From the NCBI GenBank assembly GCA_963794325.1, contig CAWCDG010000009.1, positions 64,001-128,000 on the forward strand: DNA of 64,000 nucleotides, in the 5' to 3' direction. Both the position numbers and the translations under genes were made by a program. Below the pieces are notes generated by a model that saw nothing but the letters and a program-made list of their open reading frames with translations, searched no databases and was not told where the DNA came from. Each line of letters opens with the position of its first letter. Within the stretch, counting starts at the first letter, position 1. Positions 20,113 to 30,118 of the stretch are shown piece by piece. Origin of the DNA: an uncultured delta proteobacterium (GTDB lineage: Bacteria; Desulfobacterota; Binatia; Binatales; Binataceae).

Positions 20113-20186
20113 GACTTAAAATCCTCTGGAGCGAAAGCTCCGTGCGGGTTCGACCCCCGCCTCCGGCAACCACTATTTTGGCGTGG
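20113..20186 (+). mobile_element. att-like scar: 3' part of tRNA-Leu(TAA)
   Basis: GACTTAAAATC anticodon arm, long variable arm GGAGC-GAAA-GCTCC, T arm GCGGGTTCGA, ends near CCA; no 5' half; preceded by AT-rich DNA. Confidence 0.75.
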
Positions 20187-20239
20187 CCAGCTTTATCCGG
20201 TTAAACTGCCATCGACTATCGGTATTAGTTGAGTCGCGA

Positions 20240-20905
20240 TTAGATGCGCTCGGCCACCAGCACCTCGGAACTCAGGCTGAAGGAGGAAACCACCTCGCGG
20301 AACTCGACTCGCCAGTCCGGTGACGAGACGAAATCCAGCAATTCTAGCGGTCGGCATCCGCCAACCAGCGACGGCCGGGCATCGTGGATGCGGCTCCAAA
20401 CGCCGGAGACCGCCTTCTGAAATGCTGAAGTCCCATGGGTGAGACTGACCAGGCATAGCACCCCGCCGGGTTTGAGAAGGCGATGCGCTTCAGACAGCAG
20501 TTGTCCAGTAGATTCGCGGCTGAGTAGATCGAGCACGTAATTCGAAATGTAGCGATCGAAGCGACCGTCCGGCTCGCCGACGGTTACGTTTCCATCGGAG
20601 AGGCGCACTTCGGCTCGGTCGGAATAGCTGGAAAGGCGGGCTCGGGCGAGTGCTGCCATCGTCGAGCTGAGATCGACTCCCAAGTAGCGGCAATCCGCCG
20701 GCGTGATTTCGGACAATATCTGCTGCGCGAATCGGCCGGTACCGCATCCAAACTCTATGATGGAGTGAGCGGCCTGAAACTTAGCCGCTTGAAGCAGCCT
20801 CTGGAGCGGAGGATCTTCGTAAAACCGCTGCCAGTCCTGCCACGCCCCCATGCGATCGTAAAACGCTCGGGCCTGATCCACGGTCAGTACGCGTTCCGCT
20901 GTCAC
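20240..20905 (-). CDS. Class I SAM-dependent methyltransferase
   Basis: IEFGCGTG, GVDLSSTM, LKPGG. Confidence 0.85.
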   Translation of the reverse strand: MTAERVLTVDQARAFYDRMGAWQDWQRFYEDPPLQRLLQAAKFQAAHSIIEFGCGTGRFAQQILSEITPADCRYLGVDLSSTMAALARARLSSYSDRAEVRLSDGNVTVGEPDGRFDRYISNYVLDLLSRESTGQLLSEAHRLLKPGGVLCLVSLTHGTSAFQKAVSGVWSRIHDARPSLVGGCRPLELLDFVSSPDWRVEFREVVSSFSLSSEVLVAERI

Positions 20906-20990
20906 GATCCGCAGAATACGTCACTTCTCGACAGAATGCTGCGGTCGGCGGGAGCCTATTTCGTGGAGACCCAGGTTCTTTCACTCATAG

Positions 20991-21056
20991 ATGAATCTAT
21001 TCATTTTTGTTGACCCACCACGCCAATCGGCGCTATAAAATAATGAATGGATTCAT
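20991..21056 (+). promoter_or_regulatory. Sigma70 promoter flanked by two TetR operator palindromes
   Basis: ATGAAT-NN-ATTCAT at 20991-21004 and 21043-21056; TTGACC (21010) N18 TATAAA (21034). Confidence 0.75.
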
Positions 21057-21721
21057 CTTTGGACGCACGGCCAGTCGGACTCCGCGACCGGCAGAAGCTG
21101 GAGCGCGAGCGCCGTATCGTTAGGGCGGCCGAGAAATTATTCGCCAGGAAGGGCTACGCTGAGGTTGCGATGGAAGATGTTGCGGCGCGCGCGGGCCTGG
21201 CGGTCGGCACGATCTACAACTATTTTCCGTCCAAATCTGCGCTCCTGCTCGCGATCGTCAGGAGTGAAACGGAATCGCTGCTTGCGCGAGGGCGGAAGAT
21301 CCTCGACGACCCGCCGCGCGACGCGGTGGCGGCCGCGTGCTCGTTCACCGAGATTTTTCTCGAGGACTTTACCCGTGACGACCGGCGGCTGTGGCGCGAA
21401 CTGTTCGGCGCTGCGATCGCAGAGCCGGCCACGGTGGGGCGGCGCCTGTTCGAAGGCGATGCGCAACTGGTAACGCAGCTTGCCTCGCTCCTCGAGCGAT
21501 ACCGGATCGACGGGATTCTCGCATCCGATATAGAACCCATGCCCGCGGCGACCGTCCTTTACGGCGTCTGCTTCACGTGGATGACCGCTTATTTGATGAA
21601 CGACTCGATCAGCGCCGAGATGGTGCGCAACGAGATTCGTCGCGGTACCGCGATCGCCATGAGCGGGTTGTTTCCGCGCGCCGACACAATCTCAATTACC
21701 AGGAGAGGACAGGCACCATGA
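21047..21721 (+). CDS. TetR/AcrR family regulator
   Basis: AAEKLFARKGY...VAARAGLAVGTIYNYFPSK. Confidence 0.92.
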   Translation: MDSSLDARPVGLRDRQKLERERRIVRAAEKLFARKGYAEVAMEDVAARAGLAVGTIYNYFPSKSALLLAIVRSETESLLARGRKILDDPPRDAVAAACSFTEIFLEDFTRDDRRLWRELFGAAIAEPATVGRRLFEGDAQLVTQLASLLERYRIDGILASDIEPMPAATVLYGVCFTWMTAYLMNDSISAEMVRNEIRRGTAIAMSGLFPRADTISITRRGQAP

Positions 21722-22083
21722 TCGAAATTATCGAAGGCTTTCCAGAAAATGTAGTGGGAATTCTGGCCAAGGGCGAAGTGACGAGAAAGGACTACCTCGA
21801 GGTGGTGATACCGGCAATAGACAAGGCGCTGAAGCGAAATGCCAAGCTGCGGCTTTACTACGAGCTGGGTTCCCAATTCAGCGGAATCGATTTCGGCGCC
21901 GAATGGGAAGATTTCAAACTCGGAGTTGAGCATCTTTCCCGTTGGGAACGGGCGGCCGTCGTCACCGACGTCGCCTGGATCAGGCATCTGGTCGGCGCTT
22001 TTCGCTTTCTGATGCCCGGAGAAATGCGAGTCTTCACTTCCGCCCAGACATCAGAAGCCCGGAAATGGATCGTCGCCGCGTAG
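21718..22083 (+). CDS. SpoIIAA-like (STAS/SEC14) protein
   Basis: GEVTRKDY, WEDFKLG, WERAAVVTD; ATGA coupling to tetR. Confidence 0.85.
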   Translation: MIEIIEGFPENVVGILAKGEVTRKDYLEVVIPAIDKALKRNAKLRLYYELGSQFSGIDFGAEWEDFKLGVEHLSRWERAAVVTDVAWIRHLVGAFRFLMPGEMRVFTSAQTSEARKWIVAA

Positions 22084-22117
22084 CCCGACGCCGCGATCCG
22101 ATCTCAAAGGAGTAGCC

Positions 22118-23128
22118 ATGGCTCCGGACGATTTTATTCCGAATCAGTGGTACCCGATCTTCGACAGCTCGAAGTTGAGACGGCGCAAACCCGTCGGCAT
22201 CACGCGCCTCGGCGAGCGACTGGTGTTGTGGCGCGACAGTAGCGGCGCCGTCGTATGCATGGCGGACCGTTGCCCTCATCGCGCCGCCCAGCTCAGCCTC
22301 GGATGGGTCCGAGACGACTGCCTGGTGTGTCCGTTTCACGGACTGCGGTTCGATTCGGCCGGCCGATGCGTGCTGATTCCCGCCAATGGCGAGGGCGAGC
22401 CGGTGCCGCGCGGTTTCGATTTGCCGTCACATCAGGTCCGCGAGGCGCACGGCCTCGTCTGGTATTGGTTCGGTGATTCTCAACCCGCCAGCGAAATCCC
22501 GTGGTTTCCCGAAGCGCCTGATCCAGGTCCGCGAACCAGCTTCGTGCAGCGCGATTACCCCGTTTCATACCTGCGCGTGATGGAGAACCTTGGCGACATG
22601 CATCATGTACCTTTCGTTCATCGAGCGACAATTCCCGGCGCAGGAACTCGCGTCGAGATGCAGGAAGCGCGGCTCGACGGCGCCATCATTCGAATGAAAG
22701 TCTCGCTGCATCAAGAACGACCCGGCTGGATGCGGCCGACGTACAACTTCACTTACGCAATTCGCTTACCCACGCTCGCGACGATTGAGGTCGCACGAGG
22801 GATACAGTTTGTCGCCAGCGCGACGCCGATCGATCACGACCATACGTGGCTGTGGGCGCGATACGGACAGGACTATATTCCAGGATGGCTGGGTGGCAGA
22901 GTCATCGCGCGGCTGGCGGCGAAGTTCGACCTCGAGCTGGTGTTCACGCATCAGGACATGCGGATGCTCGCGAGCCAGCAGCGCAATGAACCTGGGGATA
23001 TCTCGTCCTACCACCTGTTCGAGGCAGATCGCGCGATCGCGCTGTATTTTGGTCTGCGCAAACAGGCGATGGACGAAGCTCACTCGCGAGTCAGTTCGAT
23101 CAAACTTCGCGCCGCTGGCGCCGAGTGA
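22118..23128 (+). CDS. Rieske non-heme iron oxygenase alpha subunit
   Basis: CPHR...CPFHG Rieske motif; ENLGDMHHVPFVH iron site. Confidence 0.9.
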   Translation: MAPDDFIPNQWYPIFDSSKLRRRKPVGITRLGERLVLWRDSSGAVVCMADRCPHRAAQLSLGWVRDDCLVCPFHGLRFDSAGRCVLIPANGEGEPVPRGFDLPSHQVREAHGLVWYWFGDSQPASEIPWFPEAPDPGPRTSFVQRDYPVSYLRVMENLGDMHHVPFVHRATIPGAGTRVEMQEARLDGAIIRMKVSLHQERPGWMRPTYNFTYAIRLPTLATIEVARGIQFVASATPIDHDHTWLWARYGQDYIPGWLGGRVIARLAAKFDLELVFTHQDMRMLASQQRNEPGDISSYHLFEADRAIALYFGLRKQAMDEAHSRVSSIKLRAAGAE

Positions 23129-23144
23129 AACGGCTGAATAGCAA

Positions 23145-24287
23145 ATGGGGAAGTTTGCGACACTGGTGTGGAGGAATCTACGCCGCAGTCCGCGGCGCAC
23201 CATCCTCACCATCATGGCGATTGCGCTGGCGGCGTTCACGTACTCGTCGCTGTCGAGCCTTCCAAATATTATGCGCGCAACGCTGAGCACCCCCGATTCC
23301 GCACGGCGCATCATCGTGACGAGCGACTCGGGATTTTTCAATCGTCTGCCCGATTCGTACAAGCCCAAAATTCTTGCGGCGCCGCACGTCGTCGCAGCTT
23401 CGGGATTGGTGTACTTCGGCGGAATCTATCGTAGTCCCAGCGACCAACTCGGAATCGCGGTCGATGCAGACCAGGCGGAACTGATGTGGCCCGATTGGGG
23501 CGTCACCCCGGAGCGGGCCGGCGAGTTCCGCGCCAGCGCCACGGCGTGCCTGGTGCCGGCGGCGATGATGCGAAAGTACGGCTGGCACGTCGGCGAGCAG
23601 ATCATCCTCAGAGGCACCATTGTGCCGGTGGACGTGACCCTGCGCATCGCCGACACTTTGGGCGCGAGCGCGCCGCCTGACTCACTGCTATTTCGCCGCG
23701 ACTACCTGGAACGGTCGCTGGGTGGGAGCCCGACCGTGAATGCGTATCACGTCATGCTCGATCGCGCCGATTCGGTGCCCTCTGCGATCGCGGCAATCGA
23801 CGAAATTTTCTCGAACTCGGCGGCCGAGACTCATAGCGAATCCGAGGCTGCGTGGTTTTCAAACTTCATCAACCTCGACACGCTCTTCGCGATGCTCCGG
23901 GCGATGGCGATCCTGGTAGTAGCCTCGGTCGCCCTGGTAGCGCTCAACAGCGTCGTGATCGCGGTGCGAGAGAGGCGCAGTGAAATTGCCGTCATGCGCG
24001 CGATAGGTTTCAGTCCCTCATTGATCATGTACCTGACGGTCGCGGAATCGGCGCTGCTGGGCTTGGTGGGAGGGGCGGTCGGGTGCGCGGCTACTTTTCT
24101 CATCGCGAAGAATTTGCCGCTCTCACTCCTGCCGCTGGGACCAATAGATCTGCTCGGGATCATTTCGCCGGGAGTGATCGTGCAGGCCTTTGTCTTATCG
24201 ATCGCTATAGGAGCGGCGGCTGGATTGATTCCGGCGCTTGGTTCGGTGCGCCAATCGGTGGTCGAGTCGATCCGCGCAATAGCCTAG
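23145..24287 (+). CDS. MacB/FtsX-like ABC permease
   Basis: RNLRRSPRRTILT, ERRSEIAVMRAIGF. Confidence 0.85.
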   Translation: MGKFATLVWRNLRRSPRRTILTIMAIALAAFTYSSLSSLPNIMRATLSTPDSARRIIVTSDSGFFNRLPDSYKPKILAAPHVVAASGLVYFGGIYRSPSDQLGIAVDADQAELMWPDWGVTPERAGEFRASATACLVPAAMMRKYGWHVGEQIILRGTIVPVDVTLRIADTLGASAPPDSLLFRRDYLERSLGGSPTVNAYHVMLDRADSVPSAIAAIDEIFSNSAAETHSESEAAWFSNFINLDTLFAMLRAMAILVVASVALVALNSVVIAVRERRSEIAVMRAIGFSPSLIMYLTVAESALLGLVGGAVGCAATFLIAKNLPLSLLPLGPIDLLGIISPGVIVQAFVLSIAIGAAAGLIPALGSVRQSVVESIRAIA

Positions 24288-24433
24288 GCGATGAATTTTC
24301 GGCCGCGCGCGCGTACCGATCCGGCAGTTAGCGCCGGCCTTACGTTTCCCTCGGTGCGCGCTGCCAATAGCGGCCTCGAATCGCCGCGCGTCGTGTGAGG
24401 TTCTCGTGATAGAGCGGCTGTCCTCCGGCTAGA

Positions 24434-25822
24434 TCAAGATCCGGCGCGCCGCTTGACGCCGGCGAGTATCGCATCGGCGAGTGCGCCGTAGTTGCCGTCA
24501 TAATGATGAGCGCCATTCCTGCGGAACGTTTCGACGCCTCGCTGCGCGAGCGCAGGACAGGCAGTATCGGTCTCGTCCTGTCCGTAGAAGCACTGGATGA
24601 GGTGCGCCGGAATTTTTGTTGCTTGCGGCAACACTGGAAGTGCGTCGGGTCCGGGCGGTTCGCCCAGCCATCCGCGAACCGAAATTTCGAAATCCGCAGA
24701 TTTCGAGAGTCCCAGCAAAGAGATCAGAACCACGTGGTCACGCAAGCTCGGCGGCAGAAGGTTGTAGGCGAACGGCATCACGTCGGCGCCGAATGAGTAA
24801 CCGACCAACACTACTTTGTCGGCGTGCCATTTTGTCATGAACGTCTGGATCAGCGCGCCGACCACATCCGCGGTCTGCTGCGGCGTCTTCTTGCTCCAGA
24901 AATATCGAAGAGTGTCCAGGCCAACGACCGGCACACCTTGCTGCTGAAGGTCCTCCGCGATGGTCTTGTCGAGGTCACGCCATCCGCCATCACCTGAGAG
25001 GAGGATCGCCATCAGCTTCGACGGATGGTCAACCGGCAGCTCGGCGAGCGGCAAGCCAGAGATATCAACCGCCTTCGGAATATTCGTGGGAGCGTTGGTT
25101 ACCGCGGGCCGGAGCGGCGCGAGATGCGGCTCGATCAGCGATCGCAGTGCGTCGCCCGGCGCCATGCTGGGCGGCATCTCGTGGAGATCGATCGGCGCGC
25201 CCTCGTGACGCAGTCTCATCAGGTATTCGCGGTCCGCTCTGCGGACGTGATGGGTCAATCCGACTATCCAGAAGCCAGGCAATTTTTTTGGAGCGCCATA
25301 GCGAAATCCACCCCTGCGCGCCGTCGTGGGCAGGTCGGAACAAATTGGTTGCCTGCTCGCTATGATCTCCGCGGGATCGATCGACACGGCACCCGCAATC
25401 GTTACTGCGGGAGCCTGGACCAGGTTCAATTCGGCGAGCGTGCCGCCTTCGCCGACGCCGGCAACAATCGGTGTCAGGTAGGTTGGAAGCCGGCGCTCTC
25501 TCTCCAGTTGGCGGGTGAGCAATTCCGTATCGTAGACCAACTCGTGGCACTTCTCCTTGAGCTTATCGAGCCCCCGCAAATATTTTTTGCTATCAACCTC
25601 GGCCACCAACGCGCCGCCTTTCGCCATCGCTCGCGCGGCAGCCTCATCTGCCTTCGTCAATCCCTTGCGGCCGGAAAAGTAGATCACGACCGCACGAGCT
25701 TCACCCGTCGGCTCGGCTAGTTTGACGCTGCCGTAGCGGCCCGGCTCGAACGCATATGCGGTCGATGCAGAGAGGCAAAAGGCGGCAGCGATGAAAGCGA
25801 GCGCACGACGCAATCCAATCAT
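24434..25822 (-). CDS. acvB: AcvB/VirJ family lysyl-phosphatidylglycerol hydrolase
   Basis: SGDGGWRDLD, LRYFW, GYSFGADV; downstream of mprF. Confidence 0.88.
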   Translation of the reverse strand: MIGLRRALAFIAAAFCLSASTAYAFEPGRYGSVKLAEPTGEARAVVIYFSGRKGLTKADEAAARAMAKGGALVAEVDSKKYLRGLDKLKEKCHELVYDTELLTRQLERERRLPTYLTPIVAGVGEGGTLAELNLVQAPAVTIAGAVSIDPAEIIASRQPICSDLPTTARRGGFRYGAPKKLPGFWIVGLTHHVRRADREYLMRLRHEGAPIDLHEMPPSMAPGDALRSLIEPHLAPLRPAVTNAPTNIPKAVDISGLPLAELPVDHPSKLMAILLSGDGGWRDLDKTIAEDLQQQGVPVVGLDTLRYFWSKKTPQQTADVVGALIQTFMTKWHADKVVLVGYSFGADVMPFAYNLLPPSLRDHVVLISLLGLSKSADFEISVRGWLGEPPGPDALPVLPQATKIPAHLIQCFYGQDETDTACPALAQRGVETFRRNGAHHYDGNYGALADAILAGVKRRAGS

Positions 25823-28417
25823 GTCGCGGAGGAACCTCGCCTGTATCCGCTGGCGAGCGCTGCCACGTCCGCGAGGGTGATGAATGGACCGGCCGCGCCC
25901 GATGCCGCCAGATACCGAGGTTCCCAGACCGGGCGAAACTTATTCTTGAAGCTGCGCAGTCCCTGAAAATTGTAGATGGGTCTGCCGTGTTGCCATACCA
26001 GGCCTGCGATGCGATTCCACCGTGACGAAAGCGGTCTCCGCGCGATACCTGCCAGTGGCGCCATCCCAAGGCTGAGCCGCTTGAAGCCTCGGGCTTTCAG
26101 ATCCAACGCCAACTGCGTGAACAAGCATTCCATCGTACACGGTGGCGCGCCTGGCACCTGCCGCATAAGTCCTACCGTCGCTTCGGTCTGCAGATCCGTC
26201 GTCATGAAGGTGACGAACGCGATCGGCTTCCCATGTTGCGATAACAACGCTGCCGATTGAGCCGCGACAAATCGCGGCTCGAAGCCCGCGACCGAGAACC
26301 GTCGCTCAGCGGCGTGATTTCTGGCAAGCCACCTATCGGAGATCTCACTGAGCACTTCCCTGCTCCTGGCATATCTGTTGAGGAGGCAGAATCTGGAATG
26401 TCAGTCCTTCTCGTTCGCCGCGCTTCAGCGCCTGGCGCAGCCCATAGCGCTCGGAACCTTCCATGCTGAACTGCTCCAGGTAAATGCAGGCCTCTTCGCC
26501 GACCTTCACGACTCTAAGGCCCGCGTCGAGGTAGAGCGGCAAGCTATCGGGACGAACCTGGTAGAAGGCGGCGCGTCCGCCGTGCTTGTCGGCAAGTTCG
26601 ACGAAGCGCCAAACCAGTTCCGGCCATTCCTCGCAGCGTCCTACGGGATCGAACAGCGCAACCCAACTCCGGCCGCGCTTGGCATACATGAGGAACGAGT
26701 TTCCCGAGCTGGAAAACAGAAAGCTCTTGTCGCCCATCAGCGCCAGCGTCGCGGCACTGCGCTCCTGGCCGCCAATGATGGCAGTTGCGCGCGACAGGTC
26801 TGGTTCCGAAGGTGGCTGGATGCGTCCGGGCGCGGTCCGCAGCAACTGCCATAACGAAATGCCGAGCGCCAGAATCGACGCTCCGAGAATCGCTCGCAAT
26901 GCCCGGGATGCCTGAGCATCGAATTCAAACTGCCACCAGATTTCCCGCCGATAGGCGACGTCACGAAAGGCGAACAGCAGGATACCGATCGCGCAGGCGA
27001 TGACGACGGCAATCGCGATGAACCAGCCCAGCCTGAACGGCTGATGCAGGAACGCGGCCGGGCGAGTGAACTCTCGGCGCGTCGCGAGCAGAAGACATAT
27101 CAGGAAAACAATTGCGGCGGTTTCGCCGAATGCCAGGCCTTTCGCCAGACTGAATGCAACGTTGACCAACGCGACAATCAGCGCGACCCACCATGCGCCG
27201 TCCAGCCGATGATACAGGCCGCGAGCCACGAACAGCAGAAAGACGCCCGCCAGGGTCGCGAGCAAGTGCGAGATCTCAACGGCCCAGAGCGGCAGGACAC
27301 CTTGCAGCGCCGCCAGCCGCCAATCCAGCGCGGGAGTCGCGCCCGATAAGACCAGCATGACGCCGACCGCGAAGGTGACGGCGCTCAGAAAAATAGGCGC
27401 GAGAAGTTCGGCTCCCAGCGAAACCCGTTCCCCGGCTTTTGAGCGAAAACGGCCCGGCACGCTCCGCAGTTCGAATCCCGCCAATGACGCTGCGGCAAGC
27501 AGTAGCGGCAGCACGAAATACACGCCGCGATAAATCAGCAGTGCTGCCACCAACTGGTTGGAATCGACAAAGCGTCTCAGCGCGAGGAAGACGACGACGT
27601 CGAAAACGCCGAAGCCGCCCGGGACCCGGCTGATCAGACCCAGCGCAGTCGCCGCCGAAAAGACTGCCGCGAAACTGAAGAAGTCGATCCGCGCGCCTGG
27701 CAACAGAAACCAGAACGCCGCGGCCGCCGCCGTCAAATCGATCGCGCTAGCCACGAGCTGAAGGAGTGTGATCGAAAGTGCGGGCATCGCGATCGAAAGC
27801 CGCCCGATTGCTATCGGTTGCCGCCGCCATGAACGAAGCAGCAGCGCGAGCAGGAGTGCGAGCAACGCGGCGGCGCCGGCTAATCGAATCGACGTGATCG
27901 AAACAGGCAACAAGTGCGCGATCGCATTCCCGGAAAGCATCAGACTGAGTGCTGCGAACGCCGCCAGGCCAATGCCGAATGCCACGTTGATGAAGAGCAT
28001 GACGCGCGCCGTCTGCTCAGGGCGCACGCCGACCGCGCCATAGACGCGATCGCGAACCGCGTCGGCGGTCAGCGCCTTGAAACTGACGGCGTTGCCCAGT
28101 GCAGAGCCGCAGAACGATGCGAGCAGCAGGGCCGGCGTCGATACTTGCACGCCGACATAACTCAATGCGCACAGATCGCGGGCGACCAGCGCCAGGTAGC
28201 TCAATCCCGTCAGCAGAATAGAAATCCAGATGAGCCTATGTGGTGTCGCTCGAAGCGCCTGTGTCACTCCGTGATAGTCGAGCCCGCGTGACAAATCATT
28301 GAGAAGGAAGAGCACTAGCGCACATGCAGCGACCGCGGCGATAGGACCCGCGATACGCCGCAAAATCTTCGCGCGACTGGTCAGCGAGCGATTGGTATGC
28401 AGCAGTTTTTTGTCCAT
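25819..28417 (-). pseudogene. mprF: MprF flippase/aminoacyl-PG synthase, split by a frameshift near 26360
   Basis: TM flippase region, WWQFEF..ASRALR, GDKSFLFS, KVGEEA in 26345-28417; ISDRWL, LSLGMAPL, YNFQGLRSFKNKFRP in 25819-26355. Confidence 0.85.
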
Positions 28418-28442
28418 GAGCGACAGCGTCTGCGTCTTTTCA

Positions 28443-29429
28443 TCAGGAAGCGTCTCTCGCGTCGGTGAAGGTGGAGTCGCGTTCAGTAATAGACGCGTCG
28501 TCGATGATTCGGGCCAGCGTCCAGCGAGACGATTGCGATAACATCGGTGCGCGCGCGACGACTGCCCATTCTCCCTCTCTCACCGTGAATCTGTGCGCTT
28601 CTGCCATAAGTTCCGGCGCTGCGGCAAGACTTGGATTCTTCCAAAGCAGCGCGCGTATGCGAGCGCGTTCCAACCCGATCCTGGTCTTCAGGCTCGGGCT
28701 GCAGCGCCCCGCCTGCCACGCCCTCAGCTTGTCCATGAGTCCCGCCAATGATTCGATCACAGTGCGTCGAACCGAGGTTGCCACGCTCGAGATTTCCTCA
28801 GCAATGCCGACCGGATCCAGTTCGTCAAATTGTCGGGACCGAGCGGCGGCTGCCTGCGCGCGACACCACGCATAGTGATCTTGATCGGAATCGCCAGTTT
28901 CGTCGTCGGAATTTGTTGCGACGCGAAGCTTTAGCCGGATAATGCGAAGGCTGAGCCGCATGAGGGCAACGGCCTCAGTTTCCGCCTCGGGTTCATCAGT
29001 GGTGACCAGCACGAGATCCGAAGTTAGGACCTCGTGCAAAGCTGCTTTCTCCCCCAGAATCAGCATCGCAGCAAAGCAAGCGCGTCTGTACAAACTCCTC
29101 CACTCAAGCTCGATCAGTCCCGCAAGCGAGGACGATCGGGAAAGGGCGTCGTCAATTTTGAATCTTGCCGATTCGATTTCAGAGCGCCGAGCCGGGCTGT
29201 GATACTGCGAGCCGACGTTCCAAATCGTCAGATGAGTCAGGAGTTTCTCAACCGCTTCCCTCAGTGGGTTCGAATCATTCACTCGCGCGCTTTTTTCCAG
29301 CACATCTCCGACGGCGTCCCAGTCGATTTCATAGATCCGGCGATCCAACAGTAGGAGTTCGGTCGCCTTGCTCCAGGCGTAAAGGTCTCGCTCGCGAAGC
29401 CTTCGATTTTCGTCATCTTTGTCCGACAC
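28443..29429 (-). CDS. Protein with two tandem DUF29-like domains
   Basis: DLYAWS...IDWDAV..LE...LLTHL..W and DHYAWC..QA...LDP..IAEEI...LMDKL..W. Confidence 0.65.
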   Translation of the reverse strand: MSDKDDENRRLRERDLYAWSKATELLLLDRRIYEIDWDAVGDVLEKSARVNDSNPLREAVEKLLTHLTIWNVGSQYHSPARRSEIESARFKIDDALSRSSSLAGLIELEWRSLYRRACFAAMLILGEKAALHEVLTSDLVLVTTDEPEAETEAVALMRLSLRIIRLKLRVATNSDDETGDSDQDHYAWCRAQAAAARSRQFDELDPVGIAEEISSVATSVRRTVIESLAGLMDKLRAWQAGRCSPSLKTRIGLERARIRALLWKNPSLAAAPELMAEAHRFTVREGEWAVVARAPMLSQSSRWTLARIIDDASITERDSTFTDARDAS

Positions 29430-29575
29430 TCTGTTCTCTCCCAGTGGGCCGATTCCGCGCGGCTGGATAGCATCCAGTCTCCGCGACGGTCGGTTTCGGA
29501 TATCAGGCGAATTGTCGGCATGCGCCCGCGGCTCATGCTCGGCGATATCCCGCGAAACGCGACTATTGGAGAGAG

Positions 29576-29908
29576 CTAAATTCTCAGACGGCAGAGGAGC
29601 GCAAGAGGAAGGGAGCTTACAGGTGCAAGAGAAAAAATGCGCACCGAAAAACGCGACATCCGCCGCAGGCGTGCATCGAATACTCTTCCGAACGACCCTT
29701 GAGGCGCGGAAACCTCTTGCAGAGAGCGCGAGCGAAGGTTCTCCTCAAACGGCAGTGTCCTGCTTTGACGCCGGGCGCTGCGCAGTGGGAGATTGAAGAC
29801 AACGGGCGCCGAATCGCCTTTCGTCGTTCCACTCGGTGCAATCGCGCCTGGCAATGCGCAAGTGATTGCGAGCAACGACGTCAGCAACCATAGACCGAGC
29901 GTCTTCAC
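29576..29908 (-). CDS. Putative leader protein ending LALLCRLRI
   Basis: GTG start 7 nt after a TACACT box; hydrophobic signal MKTLGLWLLTSLLAITCALP; 110 aa; C-terminus resembles 33617-33949. Confidence 0.6.
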   Translation of the reverse strand: MKTLGLWLLTSLLAITCALPGAIAPSGTTKGDSAPVVFNLPLRSARRQSRTLPFEENLRSRSLQEVSAPQGSFGRVFDARLRRMSRFSVRIFSLAPVSSLPLALLCRLRI

Positions 29909-30118
29909 GTCACTGAGTGTACATCCAATTTTCGATCGGAGCGAACCGTAAGAACCGCCGCGCAAGGGTCTTTTTGCCACCTGATTAGAGGCAGCAGAGC
30001 CCGAAGTTGCACGCGTGCAACGATCCTTAAGACGCAAAACAAGGAAATTCCAATTCCTTTTTTCTGGTTCCTCTTTTGCTTGCCGTTGGGTGAGAGAGAT
30101 TCTAGTGACAGTCGACTC

